From NCBI GenBank assembly GCA_030390025.1, contig CM059432.1:92196001-92260000 (forward strand): 64,000 bases of DNA, read 5' to 3'. Made by a program: the position numbers and the translations under genes. Under the pieces are notes generated by a model. The model was given only the letters and a program-made list of their open reading frames with translations. It was not told the DNA's origin and searched no databases. Shown here piece after piece: positions 37,951 to 51,086 of this stretch. Within the stretch, counting starts at the first letter, position 1, and the number at the start of each line of letters is the position of its first letter. The DNA is from Squalus acanthias (Eukaryota).

Positions 37951-38227
37951 CCTTTTCTACAGGCATTGATTTTATGAAGTGAATGGGCCACAGGGAAGGG
38001 AACTCCAATGCTGGATATCAGTACGTCATTCGAATCTGATTTGCAGGCAGCAGGTGGGATTCCCACAATCTGAGGGGAGGAAAATCCAAAACAAGGTTTT
38101 TTACTGCTGGAGAAATGGCCCTAGGTCTCCCTGCCTCATTTTCCTCGACTATTCACCTTGCCACAAGACGGCCAGTAAATAGAAAGAATATCTAGGCTAC
38201 GTTCTTTTCTCCTCTGGGTTTTGATTT

Positions 38228-38695
38228 CCTGGCCAATATTTATCCCTCAATCAACATCACTAAAAACAACAGCAAAATACTGCAGATGCTGGAAATCTGA
38301 AATAACAACAGAAAATGCTGGAAGCACTCAGCAGGCCAGGCAGCATCTCCCCTCCCCTCCCCCTTTCCCAGCCTCTGCACCTGCTTAAAACCTGTTACAT
38401 CTCTAACCTTGATGAAGGGTCACAGACCTGAAACATTAACTCTGTTTCTCTCTCCACAGATGCTGCCTGGCCTGCTGAGTGCTTCCAGCATTTTCTGTTG
38501 TTATCACTAAAAACAGATTATCTGGTCATTATCACATTGCTGTTTGTGGGAGCTTGCTGTGCGCAAATTGGCTGCCACGTTTCCCACATTACAACAGTGA
38601 CTACACTTCAAAAAGTACTTCATTGCCTGTAAAGTGATTTGGGACATCCAATGATCATGAAAGGCGCTATAGAAATGTAAGTCTTTCTTTCTTTA
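38228..38695 (+). mobile_element. Deu-domain-type SINE 3' part, interrupted by a Penelope-like insertion at 38269-38502
   Basis: SINE body and tail as in 10412-10849. The nested insert has a 13-bp TSD ATCACTAAAAACA (38256-38268, 38503-38515). Confidence 0.8.
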
Positions 38696-38934
38696 TGATG
38701 TGAATGTAGAAAATGGTTTTCGTGGAGCCAAATAATATTGTTAAAAAAATATTGTTTGTTATGGAAAGCCAAATTATCTTAATATTGTTTCTAAAGTAAA
38801 TATATTTTATAAAATAAGTGAGCTCCATGTATCAGTGTATGACCATAAAGGTATCCAATACTACTTTCAATTTGATTTAGGTATCATATTTTTAATATTT
38901 AGAAAACCAGTCTGGTTTATTAATCATCTTAATT

Positions 38935-39390
38935 GATGATGTGGAGATGCCGGTGTTGGACTGGGGTGGACAAATGTGAGAAGTCGCACAACACCAGGTT
39001 ATAGTCCAACAGCTTTATTTGAAATCACAAGCTTTCGGAGCGCTGCTCCTTCGTCAGGTGAAGTGAAGAGATGCATATAGGCACATCATATATAGTCAGA
39101 GAACACTGCCAGATGATTACAGTTAATCTTTCTAACTGTCCTTTATCACACCTCGGCAGAGAGATAATCACGGCAATCAAAGGTGTGGATGGTGTCCAAA
39201 CAGGTCAGTCAGGAAAACATTACATCAAAGATAATGAGGTGGGGTCACAAGGGGTCAAATGTGGCAGATGCTGGGGTCTGTATGGAAAACAAAAAACTTT
39301 TTTTGCTGGAAATCACAGCAGGTCCGGCCGCATCTGTGTAGAGAGAACAAGCCAACGACGACTCGAGTCTGGATGACTCTACGTCAGGTG
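38935..39390 (-). mobile_element. Penelope-like element terminal fragments
   Basis: 38935-39060 matches the arm and tail of 37732-37950. 39250-39390 resembles the other pLTR family. Confidence 0.65.
39025..39061 (-). ncRNA. Minimal type I hammerhead ribozyme motif
   Basis: Minus strand reads TCAC-CTGACGA-A-GGAGC(AGC)GCTCC-GAAA-GCTT-GTGA, with a palindromic AGCT helix III. Confidence 0.6.
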
Positions 39391-40303
39391 GGGTTACATG
39401 TAGCATGACATAAACCCAAGATCCCGGTTTTCTGCTCGACGATTTTGCGTTGTCGTGTGTCTCGAAGGCCGCCTTGGAGACGGACACCTCAGCACTTCAC
39501 TCTACCGCAATCATTATTAGTGATCATGTATTGCAATCTTCAGTAAATTAACTGGGACAATACATACTGGATCTTAGGCAATGGTTCTTTTCCCAGAGAG
39601 TCTCTGGAATACATTGCCGTCTGGTGAGGTGGGTGCTGATTCTCTGCATGGCTTCAAGAGGGAGCGGGGCCGATTCTTGACTGGGGCAGTGATCGCAGCA
39701 TATAGAAGGTAAGTGTCTTTATAGATAACACTCAGTCCATGTGATCTCCTGGACTGGTTTCCATCGCCTGAGGAGGTCGGAGAGGAATAGTCCAGAGTAC
39801 TTTTTTCCCTTTTTGGCCCTGGGTATTTTCTGGGTTTTTTGCCTCTCCCAAGTGGAGTACATGGCTATGGTGGGGGTGGGCGGGGGGAGGGGTTTGGGTG
39901 GGGACGGAAGCGTTTAGTCATGATGCTCCAACCATCATGGTGTGGGGCAGGCTTGATGGACCAGCTGGTCTTTTCCTGACCGTCAATTTTGTATCTTTGT
40001 ATATAGGATGATCCAGGAAGAGGTGTTTAGTGCCTGTTATAAATGAATGACAATAAATGTTCATTTGGAAAGGATCTGTTTTGTTACATATAAGCCTGAA
40101 ATTGTGAGATTCCACTCCTGGTGCAGAATCTGGCTTGGCAGGTGAAAACATTGCAGAATTGGTCACACAGATGCCCCAGCACCCGTGGCCCACCTAAATA
40201 AAGCAATGTCTATATAAAAGAGACACTGCTGGTTGCTAGGCAGGATGAAACAGGCAGAAGTAATGCTAAAAGCCACCTTATTAAGACAGCTCAAACAATT
40301 CAT

Positions 40304-40460
40304 GGCCAGGAATTTTCTTGGAAGTGTTCTCACACCACCGCTGTAACTCCACCAGAAGTGCAGCAGAAACCCAGTTCTCGTGTGTGTGAATGGGTGTCTG
40401 CCGCACTTCTGGCGAAGTTCTGGTGGTGGAGTGGGAGCAGCTTCAAGGAAGTTTCCAGCC
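40304..40460. mobile_element. Short fold-back MITE
   Basis: GGCCAGGAATTTTC…GAAGTTTCCAGCC ends, imperfectly self-complementary throughout, AT on both flanks. Confidence 0.65.
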
Positions 40461-40905
40461 ATGGTATTCCCGATTTTCCAGCTATGATTCTATGATTTGC
40501 GTTCCTGTCACACAAAACTCTGCATCAGGAGCAGTCTCACTATTTTGGGACTTAAAAAGCTAATATGATCTGAACCAGTGGGCACTGTAGAATGTCAGAT
40601 ATAGTCCAGTTTCTGAAGTAAAGCAATTTTTAGAAACTGGGAGATAGGTTTTCCTCATTGGAACACTCCATTACCATCTGTTTCCAGAGCATTCTGATGA
40701 GGAAAAAAAATGAGTTACACCAGGTCACTACTTCATTTGCATATGATGCTCATTGCCAAAGGTGGGATGGGTGGAAGCTGGAAGAACCCACCTGAAAGAG
40801 GCACAGAGATCTAAATGATATTACAATGGCACGAAAGCGATGCCAAAATACCTTCCTCCATTACAGTTGGCCATAAGGATAAAAATTTCAGTGCTCTAAA
40901 TACTC

Positions 40906-41603
40906 GGGCCTAGATTTTAACTCGACAAACTCTCATGTCGAGGCCCGGAGAGATTTAGCTCCCGAGCCTCATTTTCATATACAGGCTCCAACTCCCACCC
41001 AAACCTGGCATAAATCACTGCCTGGCCGGCGGGCAGGAGTGGCAATTCAGGTGCCAGCAGACTGCCGTCGGGGATTGTATAACTAAACCTGCTGCAGGAC
41101 AACCCAAAACAAATTTGGCTGTGTAGGAATTAGGCAAGACGAAGAGGAAAGGGAGCAAACCCGATCGACTTATTTTTATTTCCACTGCTTTATTTTTAGG
41201 TAAGTGGTGAGTGTTGGGGTCCAGCATTGATCACGATCGGGTGGGGAGAGGGGGGGAGGGAGTCGGGGCAAGGGAGGTCCGCGCGGAAACTTAAAACAAA
41301 AACTTACCTCTTCTAGTCCTCGATCCAGCTCCTGGCAGGTTTTGCCTGGCGGGGAAGCCACCACTGCTCCCTCACTCAGGCCTCAGGTTAAAATAGCAGA
41401 TCGGCCCCCCAATTACATCATCAGAGACCGATCTGCATATTTAAAGAGGATTCCGTCAACTTGGGTGGGAATGTTTGCCGCCTGCTATTTAAAATTGCAG
41501 TTGTTCAGATCGGGGCAGGAATGGAGTGAGTAAATCCCCCGCTCCATTTTAACTGCCCTCCCGCCTAGTTTCTGCCAGGCATAGGGAGTTATAATCAAGG
41601 CCT
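40906..41603. mobile_element. MITE (Harbinger-type ends)
   Basis: GGGCCTAGATTTTAACTC … GAGTTATAATCAAGGCC imperfect TIRs. Confidence 0.6.
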
Positions 41604-41785
41604 TGTCGTGAGCAGTTACTAAGATGTGCTTGAGGTTCAAAACCCTTTAAAGGAGAAATCACGTTGTGAGCGCAATTCTTTGTGGATATTAATGTAAAGC
41701 AGTGTTTGCATTATTTCCGGCAGTTGGGGATCTGATTGGCTGTTTGGGGACCATTTTCTCAGCTGCTACGATTTTCCTTTGCAGA

Positions 41786-43369
41786 ATGGGTTTTCCTCAC
41801 GGAGGGTCTGATGAAAGGGAGGAACTGAAAGAAATCAGTATTTGTAGGGACATGGTGTTAGGGAAATTGACGGGATTGAAGGCCGATAAATCCCCAGGGC
41901 CTGATAATCTACATCCTAGGGTACTTAAGGAAGTGTCCCTAGAAATAGTAGATGCATTGCTGATCATCTTCCAACATTCGATGGAATCTGGAACAATACC
42001 CATGGATTGGAGGGTAGCTAATGTTACCCCACTATTCAAAAAAGGTGGTAGAGAGAAAACGGGGAATTATAGCCTGACATCGGTAGTGGAGAAAATGCTA
42101 GAGTCCATTATAAAATATGTAATAGCAGAGCACTTGGAAAACAGTGACAGGATCGGACAAAGTCAACATGGATTTACAAAAGGTAAATCATGCTTGACTA
42201 ATCAACTGGAATTTTTTGAGGATGTAACTGTTAAAATAGATAAGGGAGAACCAGTGGATGTGGTGTATTTGGACTTTCAAAAGGCTTTCGATAAGGTCCC
42301 GCTTAAGAGATTAGCGTGTAAAGTTAAGGCACATGGGATTGGGGGCAAGGTATTGACTTGGATAGAGAACTGGTTGGCAGACAGAAAGCAAAGAGTTGGA
42401 ATAAATGGGTCTTTTTCCGAGTGGCAGGCAGTGACTAGTGGGGTACCGCAGGGATCGGTCCTTGGACCCCAGCTATTCACAATATATATTAATGATCTAG
42501 ACAAGGGAACTAGATGTAATATCTCCAAGTTTGCAGACGACACAAAGCTGGGTGGGCATGTGTGCTGTGAGGAGGATGCCGAGAAACTCCAGGATAATTT
42601 GGACAGGTTGGGTGATTGGGCAGAAGCATGGCAGATGCAATATAACGTGGATAAATGCGAGGTTATCCACTTTGGTGTCAAAAACAGGAAGGCAGATTAT
42701 TATCTGAATGGCAATAGATTGGGAGAAGGGGAAGTGCAACGAGACCTGGGTGTCCTTGTGCACCAGTCGCTGAAGGTAAGCATGCAGGTGCAGCAGGCGG
42801 TTAAGAAGGCAAATGGTATGTTGGCCTTCGTAGCGAGAGGGTTTGAGTACAGAAACAAGGACGTCTTGCTGCAGTTGTACAGGGCCTTGGTGAGACCACA
42901 TCTTGAGTATTGTGTGCAGTTTTGGTCGCCTTATCTGAGGAAGGAGGTTCTTGCCATGGAAGGAGTTCAGCGAAGATTCACCAGGCTGATACCAGGGGTG
43001 GCAGGAATGACGTATAAGGAGAGATTGGGTCAATTGGGCTTATACTCGCTGGAGTTTAGAAGAATGAGAGGGGATCTCATTGAAACTTATAAAATTCTGA
43101 CAGGACTGGACAGACTAGATGCAGGAAGGATGTTCCCGATGGTCGGGGAGTCCAGAACCAGGGGTCACAGTCTAAGGATAAGGGGTAAGCCATTTAGAAC
43201 AGAAATTAGGAGGAATTTCTTCACCCAGACCGTGGTGAACCTGTGGAATTCTCTACCACAGAAGGCAGTAGAGGCCAATTCATTAAATATATTCAAGAAG
43301 GAGTTGGATATATTTCTTAAGGCTAAAGGGATCAAGGGATATGGGGAGAAAGCAGGGACAGGGTTCTGA
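41786..43369 (+). CDS. Open CR1 reverse transcriptase ORF (527 aa from ATG 41786; no endonuclease)
   Basis: Stop-free frame with KSPGPD, QHGF, YLDFQKAFDKV, GVPQGSVLGP, FADD and RPHLEYCVQFWSP. In-frame loss of RPV from NYRPVSLTS. Confidence 0.75.
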   Translation: MGFPHGGSDEREELKEISICRDMVLGKLTGLKADKSPGPDNLHPRVLKEVSLEIVDALLIIFQHSMESGTIPMDWRVANVTPLFKKGGREKTGNYSLTSVVEKMLESIIKYVIAEHLENSDRIGQSQHGFTKGKSCLTNQLEFFEDVTVKIDKGEPVDVVYLDFQKAFDKVPLKRLACKVKAHGIGGKVLTWIENWLADRKQRVGINGSFSEWQAVTSGVPQGSVLGPQLFTIYINDLDKGTRCNISKFADDTKLGGHVCCEEDAEKLQDNLDRLGDWAEAWQMQYNVDKCEVIHFGVKNRKADYYLNGNRLGEGEVQRDLGVLVHQSLKVSMQVQQAVKKANGMLAFVARGFEYRNKDVLLQLYRALVRPHLEYCVQFWSPYLRKEVLAMEGVQRRFTRLIPGVAGMTYKERLGQLGLYSLEFRRMRGDLIETYKILTGLDRLDAGRMFPMVGESRTRGHSLRIRGKPFRTEIRRNFFTQTVVNLWNSLPQKAVEANSLNIFKKELDIFLKAKGIKGYGEKAGTGF

Positions 43370-43470
43370 ATTTGGATGATCAGCCATGATCGCATTGAAT
43401 GGCAGAGCAGGCTAGAGGGGCCGAATGGCCTACTCCTGCTCCTATCTTCTATGTTTCTATGTTTCTATGT
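41801..43470 (+). mobile_element. 5'-truncated CR1 LINE, young
   Basis: RT ORF, 3' UTR and (TTCTATGT)n tail. Confidence 0.92.
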
Positions 43471-44460
43471 TCCATTGTAATTGTGTTACTTAGAGGAAGA
43501 GGAGGGGGGTTTGAAGAAGAACTTTTGGATGCTAGGGAAGAGGGCTCCTGCCTGCCATTACCCTGCCAACAGAATATTCCTGCCCTGATGCAACTATCCA
43601 GGCTTGGCTGAGGAGCAATGTCTTTGGAGCCTCCAATTCACAAAGATTGGGCAACATGCTGCAAAAAGACGTGAATGTGACAGTCACATAAAATGTTTGC
43701 CTCGGTCTCTTTTGAGGGTGCTACTGGGGCCATCAGTAACATCAGTCAATCTGCAGTACAGCACTGCATAAGGTAAGTGATCAATGTTTTCAGGAGTAAG
43801 CAGGTACGCTGTTTTCCCCATGGGCAACAGAAAACAGGACAGATCCCTAGTTTTTTTCAAGAATGGTAGGGTTCCCTAAAGTCCAGAGTGAGATTGAAGG
43901 CACTACATTCTCCTGCACATGAACCACAAGAGCTTTTACTCCATCAATGTGCAGCTTCTGTCTAACCAGCTGCACACGATACTGGAGGTGATTGCTCAAT
44001 TCCCTGGCAACAGTCAGGAAGCATTCTTTTTACACACAATTATGCCGTCATTATTAGCTGAAACCCAGCGAGTCATCCTGGGAGACCAAAGATGCCCACT
44101 GTTGTTTGGCTCATTACCCCTCTGCCTCATTCCCAGAAATCAGTCGAATGCAGATTCATAAGGTGCTAGCCGTTCCCAGATTAATCATTCAGAATACCAT
44201 AGCATACCGAAGCTGCAATTCAGATGCCCTGACAGGTCACGGAGTGTTCTTCAGGATAACCCAGCAAACGTTTCCAGGATAATTATGGTGTGCTGCATTC
44301 TTCACAACCTGCCAAGTGGAGGAGCAGTTGAAATGGAGCTACTGCATCAACAGCCTTCTGATAGAAGCTGGAGGAAGTCGCAAAGGAGCCAGAAGAGGCA
44401 ACAGTATTAGTACCTTTTGTAGCTGCAAGAGCCAATCGGCAGATCTTAATACAGAACATT
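43471..44460 (+). pseudogene. Degenerate HARBI1-like transposase (third Harbinger copy)
   Basis: ORF 43919..44161 (NHKSFYSINVQL…FPGNSQEAF) and VCCILHN-coding DNA near 44290. Confidence 0.75.
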
Positions 44461-44671
44461 TTATCCGAAAGAACCCAAAAACCTCCGGACCTCCCCGCTT
44501 CTTCCCCATCCCTGCAATAACTTATCTGCTAGGCACAACATACCAATGTGTGACATGTGACATATGTCTTTCTCCTGCCACACAAATTAAACTGCACAGA
44601 GGTAACTACAGAGGTAACCTGCTTGACTAAGTATGACTGGCTTTTTTGTGTACAAATACAAGCAGATCTAG

Positions 44672-45090
44672 TGTCAGCATAGTTTGTTAGCACTGTTACC
44701 TCTGAGACAGGAGGCTGTAGGTTCAAGTCCTACTTCTGAATTTGAGGGCATATAGTAGGCTGCCACTCCAGTGCAGTACTGAGAGAGTTCTGCTTTGTCA
44801 AAAGTACCATCCTTTTGAGAAGAGGTTAAACTGCAACTCTGTCTATTCTGGTAGATATTTAAAAAACGATCACCATTCAGAAAAGAGCAGGGAGTTCTCC
44901 TGGTGCCCTGGCCAACATTCATCTTTCAACCAAAACCAGATTAACTAATCATTCACCTTATTACCTTTTGTTGGATCTTGCTGTGCACAAAACAACTGTC
45001 ACATTTGTGTACATAACAATAGTCACCGCACTTCAAAGTAATTCTTTGTATGTGAACCACTTTCTGAGACATGTGTTTTCTTTCTTTTGT
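44672..45090 (+). mobile_element. Degenerate Deu-domain-type tRNA-SINE
   Basis: B box GGTTCAAGTCC near 44720 and a body colinear with 10412-10849. Confidence 0.65.
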
Positions 45091-47635
45091 AATGTACAAC
45101 TGGTGTAAATCAGACTGTATAGCAACATCACATTCTTGCTAAATACGCATGTAAAAATAATGGGCTACGGTATATGGGATATGCCACTAAGATTAGGAAT
45201 GTACCAGTGCAAGTGGAATAGCTGCATGGTCGATCACGTAGGTTGGGAGTGTGCCAGAGAAAGAGGGTGTGTTGCAGGACATATAAGCAGATCCTGTCAA
45301 GCTGCTGGCACATGTCATGCCTCCACGGGCAGCTCACCCAGTTTAGACAACCAATTTCGGGCCGCTTGCTTTGCCAGCAGCGACACTCAGGTAAGTGGTG
45401 GGGAGGGAGAGCCGATTGTGGCTGGCAGCAACTATCAGGAGTGCTTTGGAACTTTTCCTGGCTCCACAGGAAATTAAAAATAAATTAAACTTACCTTTTT
45501 GGTGAAGGCCGCTTGCTAGGCCTGATACATGCCTGGAAAATCTGATGTCTGCAGCCAAAATTCCCTGAGGGGGTTCTAAAACAGGTGATGAATGTTTTTC
45601 AGGCCTAGCCCTGCGAAATTGGTCGAGAAAACAGGCGCGACGGTGTCCCATTTATTAGAGTCTATTATTTATTTGCGGTATGGCTTTGAATTCTGTGAGT
45701 AGTTATTGGTTATTAAATGACATCAGAGTAGTCATCAGGAAATCCAATGACATCAAATATTTAAAAATTATTATTATTGCAATTCACTTTTATGTATGGG
45801 CTTTGACCCTCTTAACAAGGCACAGTGTCTGCAGAAATAAAAGTTTTGTTTGCAGAAGAGGCAGAAGAGCTGTTATGTTATTACATGCAACTGGCATGAT
45901 AATGCAATTCTATGTGATTCCAGTCAACAAACTAGAAAGTATGTGCCAAACACTTTTTCAGGAAGATGATGGACCTTTAAATGAAGATTTCAGAAAATCT
46001 TAGCTAATACAGCCTTTTGCTCTCCCTCCTCTCCATCTCTCTAATGCTTTCCTTGAGGATAATTCTAATGAATGATATACTCTCTGCAAACTACCAACTC
46101 TCTACAGTCCACATAAAAAGGCCTCAAAAATTCACTGAACTTGAAGACCGAATTTAGTAATTTGATGTGATAGATAGCAGAGAGATTGATGCTGCTAAAC
46201 ATCAGGCAAGATAAATGAGAGGAAGTTGTAAAGTAGTCTAGACCCTGCAGTAACACACAAGGATTTCAAATGAGCTTTATTGAGCAGTAAGAAGAACTTG
46301 GCCATCCTTAGAGGAGATTAATCCCTTCAATTTCTTCATTCATTCAGTTACTCTTTGTCACCGGCTCATTCAATAATACTTCAGCAAACTGAATTTTAAT
46401 GGAAATTTTTAACACTAGTTCTTGGAATAGTGTAGCTACATTCTACCAATTACTGTAATTCTAGTCAAAATTGTACTTCTGTGTTTTGATAATTAGGCAG
46501 ACCTGATCAACAGATTCATTCAGTAGAATTTTCTGCAAACCCCTTAGCAATGTTCAAACTAATTGGATTGTAGAGCCAACTGCAGACAGTGTGTAGAGTT
46601 CTTCTCATCAACCTAAAATGGAGGAGCAGGAATTCAAACCTTTAACAGATGTGCATTTTACCTTGGAAAAAGAGTGGGCTGCTTTCTCCTCTAAATTGGG
46701 GCAGATTTGGGGCAATAATGAATTCTTAGAGGCTGCCACCTCAAATCTGCAGCTAAAATTCTGAATGATCCTCCAAAAAAAAATCTATCCCCTTTAAAGC
46801 CTGCCAGGCGCCTGATCCGCCACATGCAAATGGGGTTGGGGGGGCATGGCTAACCCCTTTGACCCATTTCTCCCAAATTCTGCCCAAATAATTACCACCA
46901 CTATATAAGTGGCAGTAAGAGCTGCAGTAAGCTATGCCTGAGGCGGATACCACTTTGAGGAGCTATTTTGAGTACTGCTACTGAAGATTGGTGCTACTTT
47001 ATCCGCATATTGGTCTCTTTAGTACTTATAGTACTGCTCTTCTGAGCAGGCGAGATCCTTCTGTAAATATGTAGATCGGGTTCCGATGATGTCATCAGGG
47101 CCGACTGCAATTTTAACCGGAGGCCTGCATGGAAAAGCCATTGCAGTTTCCCCGCAAAGCCTACCTAGCAGGAGGAGGAGCCAGGCACCAAAGGGGCCTA
47201 AAAAGGTATGAGGATTTATTTTACTTTCCCTGAGGCCCTCCCGAACCACCTCCCAACCAGTTACTTGAGTGCTGGGGACTTCGGGTCCCCAGCACCAGCC
47301 TCCTGCCGCTCGACATTCTGCTCCCACCTGCCAGCCAGCTGCCAATTCCCATTGGTTTCAGGCAGGAAACTGATGGCACCTAAGCAGGGAGTGAAAATCA
47401 CCCAGGCCTCATGCTTCCGAGGTCAGCATGGTTTGCTATCCGCTTCGCCCCCTGCCTGCATGACTCTCGTCCCGAGTTAAAATTGGGAGTATTAATCTTA
47501 TTAAAGGTCACATTTTTGTTATAAATGCACTGGTGAGAATCCAAGGGGCAAGTTACCAAATATTCAAATTAAATACTGCTCTGTGTCCTTCTGGTGAATA
47601 CAGTCTAACTTATCCTGTTAGACCTCCCAGACATC

Positions 47636-48525
47636 TAAGCTGGGGCAGAGGAAAGTAAGCTGTGAGGAGGACGCAAAGAGCCTGCAAAGGGATATAGGCG
47701 GGTTAAGTGAGTGGGCAATAAGGTGGCAGATGGAGTATAATGTTGGGAAATGTGAGGTTATTCACTTTGGTAGGAAGAATTAAAAAGCAGATTATTTTTT
47801 AAATGGTGAGAAACTCTTAAATGTTGGTGTTCAGAAAGAGTTAGGTGGCCTTGTACAAGAAGAGTTCACATGCAGGTACAGCAAGCAATTAGGAAGACAA
47901 ATGGCATGTTGGCCTTTATTGCAAGAGGGTTGGAGTACAAGAGTAAGGAAGTCTTGCTACAATTTTACAGGGCTTTGGTGAGACCATACCTGGAGTACTG
48001 TGCACAGTTTTGGTCTCCTTATCTAAGGAAGGATATACTTGCCTTAGAAGTAGTGCAACAAATGTTCACTAGATTGATTCCTGGGATGAGAGGGTAGTCC
48101 TATGAGGAGAGATTGAGTATATTGGACCTATATTCTCTGGAGTTTTGAAGAATGAGAGGTGATCTCATTGAAACGTACAAGATTCTAAGGAGGATTGACA
48201 GGGTAGATGATGAGAGATTGTTGGAGAGTCTAGAACTAGGGGGCATAGTCTCAGGATAAGGGGTCGGCCTTTTAAGACTGAGATGAGGAGGAATGTTTTT
48301 ACTCAGAGGGTTGTGAATCATTGGAATTCTCTGCCCCAAAGAGCTGTGGATGCTGAGTTGTTGAGTATATTCAAGGTTGAGATGGATAGATTTTTGGACT
48401 CTAGGGGAATCAAGGGATATGGAGATCGGGCGAGAAAGTGGAGTTGAGGTCGAAGATCAGAATGACGGAGCAGGCTCGAGGGGCCGTATGGCCTACTCCT
48501 GCTCCTAATTCTTACGTTCTTATGC
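47636..48525 (+). mobile_element. CR1 3' fragment
   Basis: ORF 47870..48097 (RPYLEYCAQFWSP), 3' UTR and tail. Confidence 0.85.
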
Positions 48526-51086
48526 TCTTACATCTTGCGCAGAGCTGTTCTAAAATGGTTCCAGTTTTGTTGCAAAGCTCTAAGGTCTGGAGTTTCCATT
48601 CGGTTGCACTGGTTTTTTCAGCGCAATTCACCCAAAATCGGCCAAACCAACTCAGAAGACCGTGGGATTCAAGCACAAATTATGTCCAGCGCAAATTGAG
48701 TTTCCGCAATCTTTTGCACTTGTTTAAAAAACATTGTGCTAGAAGCTGGCCCCACCCACAACAGTGGCCAACCCCCAGATCGAATTAATCACCATTGCGA
48801 GCTTCCACTAATTGCACCCATTTGCAGGCCTTCGAGGTGGCTGTTAAAATTAATCTTTTTTTAGGCGCAAAGACACAAATAGGCATGTTTTAAAAGCTTA
48901 TGAATATAATTTTCTTTTATTTACTAAGAACTGCACACCAATGAAACTAGTAAATGGTCCTGTATAGTTTTTTAAAGTCAGTTATTTAAAATCGGGTTAC
49001 TCACAGGTGGTGGACTAGACACTCTGATTAAAATGCTTACTTTTTGTGATAAACCCATTTTCAGCTGCATTAATCAAACTGCACTTAAATATATCAAGGA
49101 ATATCTTATTAAAGCAAAACATTAAAAAAAACTTACATTCTAAAACACTGCCCGATTGCGCTGGTTCATGGCAGATTTTACGTTTGGCGATATGCAAATG
49201 AGTGTGAGTGGAAACTTGAGAAAAAAAACACTTCTTTCCAAACAATATTTCATTGGTGTTGAAATCACTTTGGTCATTAAAACTTTTCACATACAAATGG
49301 TCATAAAAGGTACCGCAATGAATCCAATTCCTTAATTTGCAATCTTGGTTCATCAGTTTCTTAGATTAAATATAGCTTGCTAGTTAGTTTCTTAGATGAA
49401 CGGCCTATTATTCTGTCAGTTCTGCAAACTACCTTCTGTTCATTTAGCAGTTTCTGCTCAACTTCTCATGAACTAACAGCCTGTCAGTCTCCTGATAAAT
49501 ACCCTGACTCTCACAAACTAACACTTACCGTTGCAGGGCACTCAGTTTCTCTAACACTGTCAGTATTGAAGACTCTCCGTTTCAATCCCAAGCACCAGGC
49601 AAACTCATTCTCAGTCTCTGCAAATTAATCTTCAGCCACTTTCAAGTGAACTAATCGCTCTCACCAAATCTTCCAGGTAGGTTTGTACTAAAGATATCTC
49701 TGGAATCTCTGGACAGATTTGGACTTGATGTGGGTTAAGATTTCCCTGATATGTCCATGCAGATTTGGAGTGGGAGTCTGTTCTTTAATTTCAATCTTAC
49801 AAGCCAGTGCTTGTGATGGTAGATTTTACACCTTGAAATATCTCTGGTAGCCTGGGCACCAAAAGGCTTTTCCTAAACACTGCCTTTATTTGCACTCGCA
49901 TAGGCTACCTGTTTTGACAGTCATGTAAATCTTGACACAATTTCAAGCTAAGCACATCCTTTTCACTTACTTTCAAAACTGTCTGAACAAATTCATTAGA
50001 ACCTTCAGTTAGTTTCCTTACATTTCCACCAATTTGTGTTATCTGTTCCATATTAAACAGTGTGGAACGTTTTCGCTGCACTGTCATGAGATCTACCAAC
50101 TAAACCAATTATCAGGTCGAAATTACATTAGTTTCGACCCAGTCATCCACTACAAAGTCAGCACTTTCACATGTGCAGAATTGAAAGCAAATGAAACATG
50201 GTCCAAAACCGCACTACCCACAAATAAGAGTAGAAAAAAATATTTTTCTCTCAAATATAAATTAATATTCAGAATACAGTGCATTGTACAGCAGTATTTT
50301 TTCATTTCAAATAGTGCTAGAGATAAACAAATTGGTGATGGTCTGGATGACGGCAAACTGGCAGCGTTGTCCATCATTCCGCCTTTGAAACTGACCGCAA
50401 CTTCGGGATTTGGCGTATGTGCAGGCGTGTGCAGAAATCCCGAAGTTGCGGCCTGTCATTCATTGCTCCTCCACAGGCTGCGCTGTGCTCCCCCCCGCCC
50501 CCCAGTCCCTCCCCACAGAGCCAGCATTCAGTGAAATCTTATCATCAGGGAAACTGACGAAAACTTGGCTCTTCCGTAGTGATTACCCTGTTAAATTCCC
50601 CACTAAAAGTTAGACCCAAAGGGTTTAGGTGTAACTGGGGTTTCCACAGAGTATTGACTGCTAAGCAAAGGTTATGGGCCTGAAAAACTAATTTTAATTG
50701 TCAAATTTATCCATTTTAATAAAAATGTTCAATTTTTTTTAAGTTTGTTCATCTTTATTTCAGGTTTCCCTTCCCGCACGTGAGAGCCCCAATCTTTTGA
50801 TTTGCTCCCTTTAACATTTTTTTAAAGTTTGAATTTTAAGAGCTTACCCACTTCCTGCTTTGCTGCCTGTAAGAATTCTGCATTTTGATTGGCTGCTTAG
50901 ACAGCTTGTTGCCACGCACTATGGGATTTCCACTATACTCCGTTGATTTCAACTATGAGTCGGAAAACCCAAAAGTCTCGACACAAAGTTTGCGAGATCT
51001 TTGTGAGAAGCCTACTTCGGGGCGGGAGGCAAATGCCTTTGCTTCACCGCTGACCGCAAATTCCGGGCCAATATTATTGCACTGCA

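Noticed and set aside
49909..50099. Candidate host exon on the minus strand (AG…GT, open frame LVDLMTVQRKRSTLF…)
   Set aside because: Weak acceptor, no recognisable domain and no compatible neighbouring exons found. TBLASTN or RNA-seq would be needed.
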